A DNA stretch of 63,338 bases, filler included, from Basidiobolus ranarum (Eukaryota), in the NCBI GenBank assembly GCA_040143965.1. It is 30 parts of 30 records of this genome, joined end to end, with 100 filler letters (N's around TTAATTAATTAA, not from the genome) between each part and the next. Parts side by side here need not be neighbours in the genome. Positions count along the whole stretch, not along the records: positions 1 to 2,024 come from JASJQH010003903.1; positions 2,125 to 4,148 come from JASJQH010003904.1; positions 4,249 to 6,270 come from JASJQH010003905.1; positions 6,371 to 8,391 come from JASJQH010003906.1; positions 8,492 to 10,511 come from JASJQH010003907.1; 25 more parts are not named here. The stretch is one strand, 5' to 3'. Under the pieces are notes generated by a model, which worked only from the letters and a program-made list of their open reading frames with translations, was not told the DNA's origin and did no database searches. The position numbers and the translations under genes were made by a program. Numbering within the stretch: the stretch's first letter is position 1; every line of letters starts with the position of its first letter. This document shows positions 1-10,611 of the stretch, one piece after another.

Positions 1-49
1 TCTAGTTAAGTTTTATAATTAGAATTGGATCAATCTATACACTAGTATA

Positions 50-1850
50 TGGGTAGATGTTATGGTAAGCGCTAGTAAATGTTGCTTAATCACCAAATCA
101 GTGCTTTAAGTTTGATATACCGCCTATCGCAATATAAAAACTAATCAACATGAATACCAAAGTGTATTGGCAAATATATACAAATATGCATATCGCATTA
201 GACCTACTCCTCACCTCAGTATTACTTGCCGTGGCAGTTCCCTCTGCCAGATAATCTAATTGTTATAGAAAATTGATGTTTTCAGAACAATCATCCGATA
301 AAATTTCCCCTGTTGAGCAACCAGCAAATGTTGAAAGTCAGCCAGAGCCAGTTCCATTACTCAAGCACGTATTTACTACCATAACTAGGAAGCAGGATGA
401 CTTAAACAATGCAAATATCAATAGTCAAGGAAGTTCTTACCTCAAATGTCAGTCAGGACCTTACTTTGAAGTTGAAGGCAGTGGTGTAAAATCTGATTAG
501 GGGGAAGTTTTTGATTTGGAGTCAGGTGGTGACATTAATATTACAGTGGGGGTGTACAAAATGAGTGTATGAAATGCCACAACAACAGCCATTTTTGCCA
601 GAAATGCCACAAGAGCCCAAATGCTCAGGCTCAAGGTGTCTTTAGTGCAAGCATCCTGTAAATTTCTGAAGTATTTTGGCATTGAAGCAAACACTCTCCT
701 TTGATAGCACCAATTTTTGGAAAAGCTAATGAATTAGTAAGTGAGACATACATTCCCATAATCACATCATGCTTGCAGTCTAACACCAATTGAAGAGCTA
801 ATATGGCAAGTTAAAATGGAGATGGAACTAATGACTGATCCCCAAAAAGAGTTGGACATAGTAGCAAACTCTCCAAGAAATAGAGTCTTGCAAAGAATAC
901 CAAAAGTAAAAAAGTGCAAACCAGCTACTGGACAAGAATGAAAACATCACAGGTTGTATAATACTTTTCTTTAATTAGCAACAGCTAGCAGGGAGGGTTG
1001 GGGTAATTAGGCAGCATCAAAAAGATGATTAGGGACATGGTATACACTTTAGTATTATTCAAAAAGTGCAAATAATACTAAAACACTTGAAATTTAAAGG
1101 TGAAGAAAGCCAAACAAATTGGTGAAAAGATGATACTATAGCTGTATCAGATTCACCTTCTACATTAGTTCCTATTTCTTGCTTACATTTCTGGTAATCC
1201 CACAAAAATTATTACTCATTACATGTCATTATATGTTTACCAGAGAAGCCTGTTTTCCAATTTTATGGTTAGATACCAGCACTTAATTTCTTACTTGACT
1301 GTCACTATCACCTCCTTCATTATACTTTTCAATCAGATCAACTAAATCTGCTTAGTAGATGGTATATTAAATAGGCATCAGTCACAAAATCAGTGTTACA
1401 AGCTTGATAGAACCATTTATTAAAATATATATATGCAGGAAAATACACTAGAATACACATCAACCAATACCAATACAGATATGCATCAAACACTTAGCTA
1501 ACTCATTGCCTCAGTATTGCTTGCTCAAATAACACTTGCAGCCCCTTCTAGTAGATATTCCAATTGCTGTAGAAATCCAAAGCTACTACAGCAGTTGGAG
1601 AACTACAACCTGGTCAAAATGAATCTACAGAGCTAATATTGAGCACTGCAAATCCATCAGAGCTAGTCTCACTACTCAAGCAGGTGTTTACAACTGTCAC
1701 TAGAAAACACCACAACTTGAACAATGCTGACATCAACAATCAAGGGAACTCTGATGTCAAGTATCAGTCTGGACCTAGCTTTGAAGTGCAAGGTAGTGCT
1801 GTTGAATCAAACCAAGGAGAGTTACTAGACTCTGGTTCTAATGGTAAGTA
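50..1850 (+). repeat. Diverged direct duplication (period about 1.3 kb) carrying paralogous short ORFs 273..500 and 1639..1896
   Basis: LLKHVFTTITRKQDDLNNANINSQGSSYLKCQSGPYFEVEGS aligns with LLKQVFTTVTRKHHNLNNADINNQGNSDVKYQSGPSFEVQGS. Upstream non-coding blocks also align (e.g. cctcagtattacttgc / cctcagtattgcttgc). Confidence 0.75.
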
Positions 1851-2024
1851 TATGGAACACCACAGGATTCTGGGAATGGAATGGACATTGCTCTGACTTC
1901 ACCAGTGGAAGATCCTAGTTTCCAAGAGGGTACACTGCCCCAAGTCTTGGATTCTGAGTTGACAGGAGATAGGAGTAACTCACAAGAAATAAAGAACAAA
2001 CACTAAATCAGCCTTCTTCACCTA

Positions 2025-2124
2025 NNNNNNNNNNNNNNNNNNNNNNNNNNNNNNNNNNNNNNNNNNNNTTAATTAATTAANNNNNNNNNNNNNNNNNNNN
2101 NNNNNNNNNNNNNNNNNNNNNNNN
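2025..2124. other. Artificial 100-bp contig linker (44N-TTAATTAATTAA-44N), first of 29
   Basis: Identical six-frame-stop linkers start at 2025, 4149, 6271, 8392, 10512, 12632, 14750, 16868, 18986, 21104, 23221, 25337, 27452, 29567, 31682, 33797, 35911, 38025, 40138, 42250, 44361, 46472, 48583, 50693, 52802, 54910, 57018, 59125 and 61232. The contigs between them never increase in length (2024 to 2007 bp). Confidence 0.99.
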
Positions 2125-2270
2125 ATGCCTGTTCAGCATTATTTTGCTGAGAATTAGATCTCCTTAATTCTTCATTCAAAAGCCTAGCACCATCATATTC
2201 CATTGTTAATGGCTCTGATCTTGACTCTTGAGCAATTATGAGGTTCCCAAACATGAGGATCAATAATTCA
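2125..2270 (-). mobile_element. Ty1/copia gag fragment
   Basis: FGNLIIAQESRSEPLTMEYDGARLLNEELRRSNSQQ; same family as 3036..4148 and 42450..43596. Confidence 0.85.
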
Positions 2271-2271
2271 T

Positions 2272-2430
2272 AATGTATGAGTATCATCAAAATACCATCA
2301 AGAAGCCACCATCTTACCATCAAAATCCCTGACTGAATGTAGGCCACCAACATTGTGATGGTTACTTGATGGTGTTGCCATCCAGCAGGATGCATATAAT
2401 CCAGATCAAATCAATATTTTTTAATATTAA
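2272..2430 (+). mobile_element. Degenerate right end of the CMC/Tnp2 transposon
   Basis: Aligns to 61380..61536 (accatcaagaa-ccaccatc-accatcaaaatccctg...gatcaaatcaat). Confidence 0.65.
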
Positions 2431-2682
2431 GATGTCTTGTTGTAATAATACTATACAAATTATCTATGCAGGGGTGCTTAATAGTTGGCAAACTAGGCAC
2501 TTTGGAAGTTGCTTGTCTTGGATGCCACTTTTGATTTAAATTTTGAATGCTTCCTGTATGGCTTTCAAATATACAGATGGTAAACTTAGTGTAAGATAAA
2601 TGCCTAGAGACAGCTTTAACATACAAAAGTTGCTAACCATTATGGGATAAAACTTGTATTTCCCCCAAAGACTCATCTGTCA

Positions 2683-3031
2683 TGTTGAAATTAGGAAGTA
2701 GCAACTCATAATTAAGAGGTGAGTTTATTCATATTCTGATTACTTAGTACCCAGCTCTCATTCAAAAACATGTGTTTATTGCTCTAATTAATAAAAATAG
2801 CAATTACATCACTTTTACCAATTTTCACTATTTTCTCAAATCTTCTCCAAATCATCTCAAATTTTCACCCATGCTTAACAGGCAGGATTGCTATGATCTA
2901 AGAGCATCCAACAATCCTATCTGATAGTAAACTCCAAATGGGACATAATCAATTCAATAAAACTTAAGTGCCTAGTTCACAAATCCAAATCTTGTTCAAG
3001 ACACTTCCAAATCCCTGAAACACTTTTATCA
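2683..3031 (+). repeat. 5' LTR of copia family Z (about 350 bp)
   Basis: Runs TGTTGAAATTAGG...CTTTTATCA, contains AATAAA, and is followed by a degenerate PBS and gag. Copies at 28240..28590, 43601..43933 (rc), partial 33897..34075 (rc) and 40499..40690. Confidence 0.85.
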
Positions 3032-3035
3032 AATT

Positions 3036-4148
3036 ATGAGCCTAAAGCTGGCTGTTAAAGGAAAGTCTACCACTGCTATTACCAATGTTTCTGCATTTAC
3101 AGAGAATTTTGGTGGTGAAAGCTGTCACCTTTGAAAGTTCAAGATGCAAATGGTGCTAGAAGACAAGGACTTTTGGGGATTAGTTACAGGAGAAGAAATA
3201 GAGCCAAAGGGACCACTGGAAGCTATCCTTGCCTTTCACAACAAGCTGAGGAAAGCACTCTCTACACTTTGTCTACATTTTAGAGACTCTTAAAGAAGGT
3301 ATATACAATCACCCAAAAACTTCCAAAATGCTTGGGAAAAGCTTGAGTGACTATGCAAGACTGAAGTCTGGCTAATAAGCTATATCTTAGGAAAAAAGTA
3401 TCCTCAATTCAGATGAATGCTGATGATACTATACTTAATCATATAATGTGGAGTAAAACTGTGGCAGATCAGCTGTAATCTATTGGAGCATCTCTCAATG
3501 AAGATGACTTAGTAATGACACTACTTAGGAGCCTGCTAGACAAGTTTAGGAACCACATAATTGCCCTTGAATCAAGATCAGAGCCATTAACAATGGAATA
3601 TGTTGGTGCTAGGCTTTTGAATGAGGAATTAAGGAAATATAATTCTCAGCACAATAATGAAGAACAGGCATTTTTTGGAGCTGTAAAAGTCTGACAGGCT
3701 TCAATATTGCTGCCCCCAATAGGAAATCAACCATTAGCTAGTTTTACAAAAAACCAGGCCATTTAATCAAAGATTGCAGATAAAGGTTTTTTGCTAACAG
3801 GCTAAAATTGGAACATGCATATTGAATAAGCACTGATAGAGATCATCTATTCTGCGTCTGCCCTATGACTAACACTAAAGAAGACTCAGAAACATGGCAT
3901 GTTAATTCATGAGCTTTCCGGCATATGTCCAACAAGAAAGATTGGTTTTCCAGCTTAGAACTCATCCAAAAAAGGGAAGTTTACTTGGGTGATGACTATG
4001 CACCAGATGCCATTGGTGAGGCAACAGTAGTGCTCAATTTAGACCAAAATTTAACTACTCCATCTGCAGAATTGGATGATATACTCTATGTATTAAACAT
4101 AGCCAAGAGTCTGCTCTGAGTTAGCCAAGCAACAACTCAAGGACTAAA
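3036..4148 (+). mobile_element. Ty1/copia gag-protease, pseudogenised
   Basis: F.GE..HL*KFKMQMVLEDKDFWGLVTGEE gag N-terminus, LLRSLLDKF..IIALES, decayed zinc knuckle, and protease region W.+.S.A..HMSNKKDWFSSL, with many stops and frameshifts. Confidence 0.92.
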
Positions 4149-4364
4149 NNNNNNNNNNNNNNNNNNNNNNNNNNNNNNNNNNNNNNNNNNNNTTAATTAA
4201 TTAANNNNNNNNNNNNNNNNNNNNNNNNNNNNNNNNNNNNNNNNNNNNTGGCAAGCCTGACATCGATCATAAAACATTGGTTAGGTTGCATATATGCGCA
4301 TTACTTAGCTGGAACCTCGCTTCGAGCAACAAACGATTTCATCCTCCATAAAACGTAGGTTTAA

Positions 4365-4670
4365 TATACATCCAATGAATGTTAAAGCTGCTTTTTTGAA
4401 TGGTGAGCTTGCTGAGGAGATCTATATGGACTAGCCAAATGGATTTGTGGACCCAAAAAACCCTAAAAAAGTGTGCAGACTCTGAAAAACACTCTATAGC
4501 TTAAAACAATCTCCAAGAGCTTGGAATAGCAAGCAAGATGCTTTTTTGGAAACACTCTAATTCCAAAAGAGTAATGCTGACTATAGTATCAACTTCAGGC
4601 CAGATAAGACAAATCCAGTTTTATTAGCCTTATATGTAGATGACCTTGTTATAGCAACCAATGACTTGAG
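4365..4670 (+). mobile_element. Ty1/copia reverse transcriptase fragment
   Basis: MNVKAAFLNGELAEEIYMD*PNGF...LYSLKQSPRAW...LALYVDDLVIA. Confidence 0.92.
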
Positions 4671-6270
4671 TGTTCTTCTTTGGAAGCCACTTTCTGCCTA
4701 CTTGCACTGCGTTTTTCCCTTCATACTTTTGAAAATACTCCTCAAGTACTTTGACTATTTTCATACATCCTTGTAGTGTGACACTACTGAGGGTGCTTTG
4801 CAGTGTTTGTATGGCTTTTTGCTTGCCTTTAACTTTGGGGCTAATTTCAACACTTTGGAAAGTACCAGTTGAGGTTGGAGAGCCATGAGTTTTATTTGCT
4901 GGTGTTTTGGCTTGTTGAGAGGTGCCAGGTGTTGGATAAACTTTTGAATTTAGCACTCTTCCAACTGGTGTACCTGGTTCCATGGTGAAATTAAACTTTT
5001 TTGCCAGTATATCTGACACTGGAAATCACATCTTTGTAATAGTATGAAGAATTTGGTAAGTGGGACAGTAGAGCCAAAACTAACTGGCTCCCTCACTTTT
5101 CCCTTGGGTTTAATAACTTCCAGCTCTTTCATTACTTCTTTAGCTGCTGTTATTTCTTTTCCAAGTTGATAATTGGGTACATTTTTGAGATGTTTCATGA
5201 ATAGGCCTTTACTAGCCCAATTGCCATTTGCTTGTAAAAACCCAGGATAAGCCATATGAAATAAGTCAAGAACCTTCAGAGCAATGCCTGATTTTTGGAT
5301 TTTCCACAATTGACTCAAATTCAGGTGATTTTGGGCAAGAAACTGCACAGTTTCCAAAATGTTAAACCACTCACCATCAGAGCAAATAACAGCAACTCTA
5401 ACATTCAGAGTCTTTTGGTATGCCGGTTTTCTCATGAGATTTCTACTTTCATGTGCCTAAGCAATTTTGGGTCAATTGAAATCCGGTATGAGAATGGATG
5501 GAGAGAGCAGCATGTTGCTGTAGCTCAAGTACGGCATTCTGAAGCTCTTAAATCATTGTTGGGTGAGCTTGACTAGTTGCTTCTGAACACTGCATTAATT
5601 GCAATATTGCAACATTATTGCTTGTTGCAGCCTGTATAGCAACTTCATAGGTTTTCCTTATGATTGCATACAATTCATTATGGTTTCTGCCTGTAATTCC
5701 CTTGTTGTAATAATTCTATCCAAATTCTCTATGGAGGGTTGTTTAATAGTGGGCAAAGCAGCCATTTTGGAAGTTGATGGCCTTGATGGTGTTTTGGTTG
5801 AACTTTGCTCAACTATTGATTTACTTCAAAATTGGGGGATTACAATCTCTTCACTTGCACTATTGCTGGAAAGGAACATATCAGATAAATTGATTAAAGC
5901 ATCATCATTACTTGAGTTAGTTTCCGGCATGTTAATGCCTTCCAAAGTGGATAGTGGATCACTAGACTGCTCCTCAATTAAGTCCTCTGTTCTTGATGGT
6001 TTTTTTCCTTTTGTGCCAACAGGCTTTGGCTTGGAAGCAAATTTTTACTTGGATTTTGAGAATTTTTTGAATGGCATTGAAATTTTCAAATGGTAAACTT
6101 GGTGTAATGAAAATGTTTAGAAACAGCTTATATTAAACCAAAAGTGCCATCCATTACCAGAAATATCTTGCAAATCCCCTGGTGACTCATCTGTGACACC
6201 CTCTCAGAATCAGTAGATGCGATTGATGGGCTATGTCTAAAATACCACTGTTACATAGGAGATGCTATTC
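4671..6270 (-). mobile_element. CMC/Tnp2 transposon: accessory ORF X (minus strand, frameshifted) and region upstream of tnp2
   Basis: Overlaps the same sequence at 16968..17780, 20270..21103, 45940..46471, 6841..7304 and 14645..14749. Two of these contigs are physically linked to tnp2. Confidence 0.8.
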
Positions 6271-6370
6271 NNNNNNNNNNNNNNNNNNNNNNNNNNNNNN
6301 NNNNNNNNNNNNNNTTAATTAATTAANNNNNNNNNNNNNNNNNNNNNNNNNNNNNNNNNNNNNNNNNNNN

Positions 6371-6840
6371 AGAGTACTTGGGTGTAGCGCCTAAGACAAG
6401 CCAGGACAAGACAAGACTGGACAAGGAAGATACTTTGGTAAGAATCTTTATTGATAACTGGTGTTGATCAAACTGAGGTCTGATCAAGGAATACATGGGG
6501 CTTATATAGATATTGCAAGGTGAAACATAATATACTGAATAGGGAATATACTGTGGCAATTTCAAGAGTTGGGGTGTTGGGGACTACAAGGACCAATACA
6601 AAGAGGGATGATGTAAGGATGATCGAATGACCTTCCATGGAAGGTCTTGGTATGACATGATTAGTTAGATTTCATGAAATCTTCCATAGAACAAGACTTC
6701 CATATAAGGTAATCTGGATGAACTAACACAAGATTGCCAAGAAAGGATGGCACAGCAGATATGATGTCATAATCTAATAATAGAAGAGTTCTATTTGCAG
6801 TAGATTGGTATGCCAAGATTAGAATCATGACCAATACACA
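6371..6840 (-). repeat. LTR family Y (gypsy-like), 5' part
   Basis: Near-identical to 50900..51355 and 54720..54909. TATATAA and AATAAA lie on the minus strand. The minus strand begins TGTGTA at 6840, where CMC sequence resumes. Confidence 0.75.
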
Positions 6841-7304
6841 TTTACCACCTGAACACTAATTTGTAACCTCCAAAATCCCCAGTTCTCTTGGATAAAAACT
6901 CCTGATTATTTTTAGAGAGTTCTTCTAACCCAAGGTTTAGCTCCAATCCAACACAAGTTAGTATCAATATCTTCATCAAAGCCCACCATTGTATTGATGT
7001 TGCTGAATGAACTTTCTTCCAGCTATCCAGTGAAAAATTCAGCATTATTATGCCACTCTAAGTTCTTCCCAGATATCCCTGTGGTCTGCACCAAACTGAA
7101 TATCAAATTGAATGTTCTTCTTCTGAACTCACCTTCTGCACACTGGCACTGCATTTTTCCCTTTGTACTCTGGAAAAAACTCTTTAACCACTTGTATTAT
7201 CTTTATGAATCATTGTAGTATGGCACTACACAATGTCATTTGTAATGTTTGGGCAGCTCTTTGCTTGCCTTAAAGTTTGGTGCTAATTTTGACACTTTGA
7301 AAAA
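6841..7304 (-). mobile_element. CMC transposon, 3' part of ORF X
   Basis: Aligns to 45668..46135. Confidence 0.75.
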
Positions 7305-8391
7305 CCTTAACAAAAATAAAATCAATTTGATCCTGATTGGATCCACCCTCCAAAATAGCAAAACTGTCAGAGAACCATCACACTATTGGTGACTTGCATT
7401 CTGCCAGGGATTTTGATGGTGTGATGGCAGTTTCTTGATGGTACTTTGATGGTATTCATACATGTTAAAATATTAATCTTCAAATTTGGCATGCATTAAT
7501 CAACATCCAGCAATTCTTGCAAAAATCTAATTTCCAAATGGCAAATTACTGGGCTTACTGCTGTAGGGATTTGAATTAATATGCATGCCTTTATTTAGTT
7601 ATTTTAGGCTTTTTATTCCAGCCATAATGAGAATCAAAAAATACAAGAATCTGGTTGTGTCTAGTCCCTAAATATACACATACTTGACTGAATAGACATA
7701 TCTCAGCAACATCAATATGCTTAACCAGCAAACTAATGGTGAAAAAATTGCTAAACATCTGAAATTTTAAATACCACTGACACTTGGTAAATAGCTGACT
7801 CTTGTTACCATTCACAATGAGAATAAGCTCTTGGATTTTGGCAAATTTCCATAAAGAACTCAGCTAATATATCCCCAACTTAAAGTGAACAAATGTCCTG
7901 CCACAAGTTCATGTGTCACTACTTGAATAGATTACCCCATGGCTAAAACAATATTACTGTATATCTCAATCTATCTCACCACAAAGTCTGTCTTGCAGCT
8001 TTCCTAAAAATACCATCAGATTTTTACACAAACAAATTCGTCCAAATTATAGAGGTACTTACCCTGTGTCCATGGATTGGGCTTTGCTGCTGTTATTGTG
8101 CTCAAACAATGCAAAAACCCATGAGCACAATGAAAAGAGCCCTTTGTTGGAAGGTTAATATACTCTGGAGTCTCCTTAACCCATTGCATTATATCCATCA
8201 CTGATTTTGCTTAAACATTCTTAATCACATTAGCAAATGGTAATACTGACAATTTCACATGGAGCATTATTTTACTGCAGGTGTGCTCCATTGGGAACTC
8301 CCAGAATGTATAGCAAGGGCTTATAATCTCTAAGCATTGTGAAAGATGCAGCAGGGAATGTACTGCATACCAGCATAGCTTCAGTCTTTGT
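7305..8391 (-). mobile_element. CMC transposon right end with tnp2 3' region, nested in another copy
   Basis: Terminus CCTTAACAAAAATAAAA at 7305. Decayed tnp2 C-terminal motif (H..QCLEIISPCYTFWEFPMEHTC); aligns to 51710..52688. Confidence 0.85.
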
Positions 8392-8491
8392 NNNNNNNNN
8401 NNNNNNNNNNNNNNNNNNNNNNNNNNNNNNNNNNNTTAATTAATTAANNNNNNNNNNNNNNNNNNNNNNNNNNNNNNNNNNNNNNNNNNNN

Positions 8492-8949
8492 TATGTTGGT
8501 GGCTGTACGGGTGGTTTGGATGGCTTTGTGGGCTTGCAAGGCTTCCCGGGTTTGGTGGTAGTAGGGGGCTGGACCGGAGGCTTGTTATGCATAATGCTCA
8601 CATCACCATCTCTCTTATGGTGGACTTTTCCTTGTTTCTTTCCATGAGTACCTGTGGCGACGCATACCTTCACATCAGCCTTGATTCCCAGAATCTTGGC
8701 AGCAGCGCAGGCCTCCGCACATGTCATTGTGGAAGGAATCTTGACGTGAGTGATCAACTTAGTGAGGTCAACATTAAGGCAAGCCTTAGCGTTGGCATGG
8801 ATTCCGAATACTGCAAGCCTCGCAATTACACCATCGCAGACGGAGTTTGAGTGTTTTACAGTAATGGGAGAGTCATTCAAAAAGGTTGGTTCTTCAGCCA
8901 TCACCAACACAGCTGAAAACAATACTAGAGCACTTGCAAAGAACTTCAT
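8492..8949 (-). CDS. Secreted protein with Cys-spaced beta-type repeats and a Pro/Thr/Lys linker (3' partial)
   Basis: Signal peptide MKFFASALVLFSAVLVMA. Two C-x-A-x-[VI][FL]GI-x-A-x3-[AV]C units, a KR site and PPVQPPT repeats. TATATAAA lies about 70 bp upstream, and CpG content is normal. Confidence 0.85.
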
Positions 8950-10228
8950 GATTGTGTACAAATAGGAAGAAACTTCAAAGGTTAAAATGTGATATATTGA
9001 CATTTCATTACGCTCCTTTTATATACATTTTAGATTTTCGAAGATCTGTCGACAAATGTTATAGTTCATTTGAGCAGAAATATTTGGGCACACCACCTCG
9101 AGTTGCATGTCGTTACGTGTAACACTATTTTGCCACTTCTAGTTGCTTATCATCATTTCTTGGAAAGGTAGTGTTTACTAGTTGATGCCGGATGAAAGCT
9201 TGATATCCTCCATCCTAAACGTGGTAATATCCTTGTATGGTAATATCACTAATTCGTGTAATCTTAACGATTTTCACAGGTGTCATCAGATGCTTGGATG
9301 TTTTTATTTGCTCGATATGACTTCTAATTGGTACGACGTATATTCTTGAATCAAGTATTAGTTTAGAAGTGTTGGTGTTATCTGAAAGCATTTAATCGAA
9401 TCCCACTGACAAAAATCTGTGTAAAATTATGCAAACAAAATTCGGTGAGTGATCGTGAATATACAATACAATATTGACAACATCAAGTCTATCAACAATA
9501 AAATAATATTTAATTTCATTAAACATGCGGTGTATTTGATGTAACGACAATTGAAATACTAATACAGAGCTTGAAGTACTTGTATATAAGTGAATATAGA
9601 AATGCACTTTATTATGTTATTTAATGATATCTCGAAGATGAAATACACCGTAATGCACCTATAAACAGATCACAGTACACGTATAGATACATCAGAAAAC
9701 GCGTGGAAATTACAAGCAAAGCAGGTAGCAATACTATGATACTAACGAAGAGTTTCTTAATTGATTTTTGGGGTTACACGGTTAATTCGTACTACACCTT
9801 GTATCAATAACTCCGTTTTATGTATGGGATTATGAACTCCAAATACTCCTTAACATTTTACATTACACTGGAACATAATTCTGGATTAATACAATTCATT
9901 TTCCGTCATTTTAATCATTGAGGAATGCTATTGGACCTATTGAAAAGTATCGAAAGCGAGGGAGCTTAATGTATAATCAAGATTGTAGCTTTATTACTAG
10001 TATTATAGATCACCGAAAATGAAGTCCTTCATGCATACAAAAGTATAGTGTAAGTTCATGCTATTAGATCAATTAATTAGGATTAGGCATTGGATCTAAT
10101 AAAAGTGAAAAACTATGTGGTTGTTTAAGAAAATTTATATCAAACGAGCTAATTATTTAACATCCTCAATACAATTAAGCAAAATGACTGAATCAATTGA
10201 AAGGACTATTTTAAACTTACTGGATCTA

Positions 10229-10510
10229 TTAATACTCATTAGACATGGATATACTTCTACGGCCGTAACTGTGATCGTATCCCCCATTGTATCGAGGACG
10301 ACTACGGTCGTTAAAACCAATACGGACTCTTCCATCCAACAGATTGCACACTCCAGGGTTAACTCTGACACCGGCAAGTTGAGCAGCACCAACAATCACA
10401 CGACATTTGAGACGCTCAAGACGAAGCAAGTCAATATCGATGCTCAAGTTGAGACAGAATTTGATATCAATGTCAGTACCACATACTGTGCGAATTTTGG
10501 TAATGATTGC
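10229..10510 (-). CDS. C-terminus of a paralogue of the 8949 secreted protein (5' partial)
   Basis: Open from the contig edge: AIITKIRTVCGTDIDIKFCLNLSIDIDLLRLERLKCRVIVGAAQLAGVRVNPGVC aligns with ..AKACLNVDLTKL..TCAEACAAAKILGIKADVKVC. Confidence 0.7.
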   Translation of the reverse strand, partial: AIITKIRTVCGTDIDIKFCLNLSIDIDLLRLERLKCRVIVGAAQLAGVRVNPGVCNLLDGRVRIGFNDRSRPRYNGGYDHSYGRRSISMSNEY

Positions 10511-10611
10511 CNNNNNNNNNNNNNNNNNNNNNNNNNNNNNNNNNNNNNNNNNNNNTTAATTAATTAANNNNNNNNNNNNNNNNNNNNNNNNNNNNNNNNN
10601 NNNNNNNNNNN

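Noticed and set aside
2069-2080. Regularly spaced TTAATTAATTAA as a CRISPR-like or periodic genomic repeat
   Set aside because: It is embedded in N runs and is an assembly linker.
3036-4148. Alternative genetic code to explain frequent in-frame stops
   Set aside because: Host genes read normally with standard stops. TE stops are mixed TGA/TAA/TAG with frameshifts, which indicates decay.
5599-6096. 165-aa plus-strand ORF (also 17301..17630 and 20471..20857)
   Set aside because: Antisense shadows of CMC ORF X.
10115-10567. 150-aa plus-strand ORF
   Set aside because: The opposite strand gives the paralogue alignment, and this frame runs into the linker.
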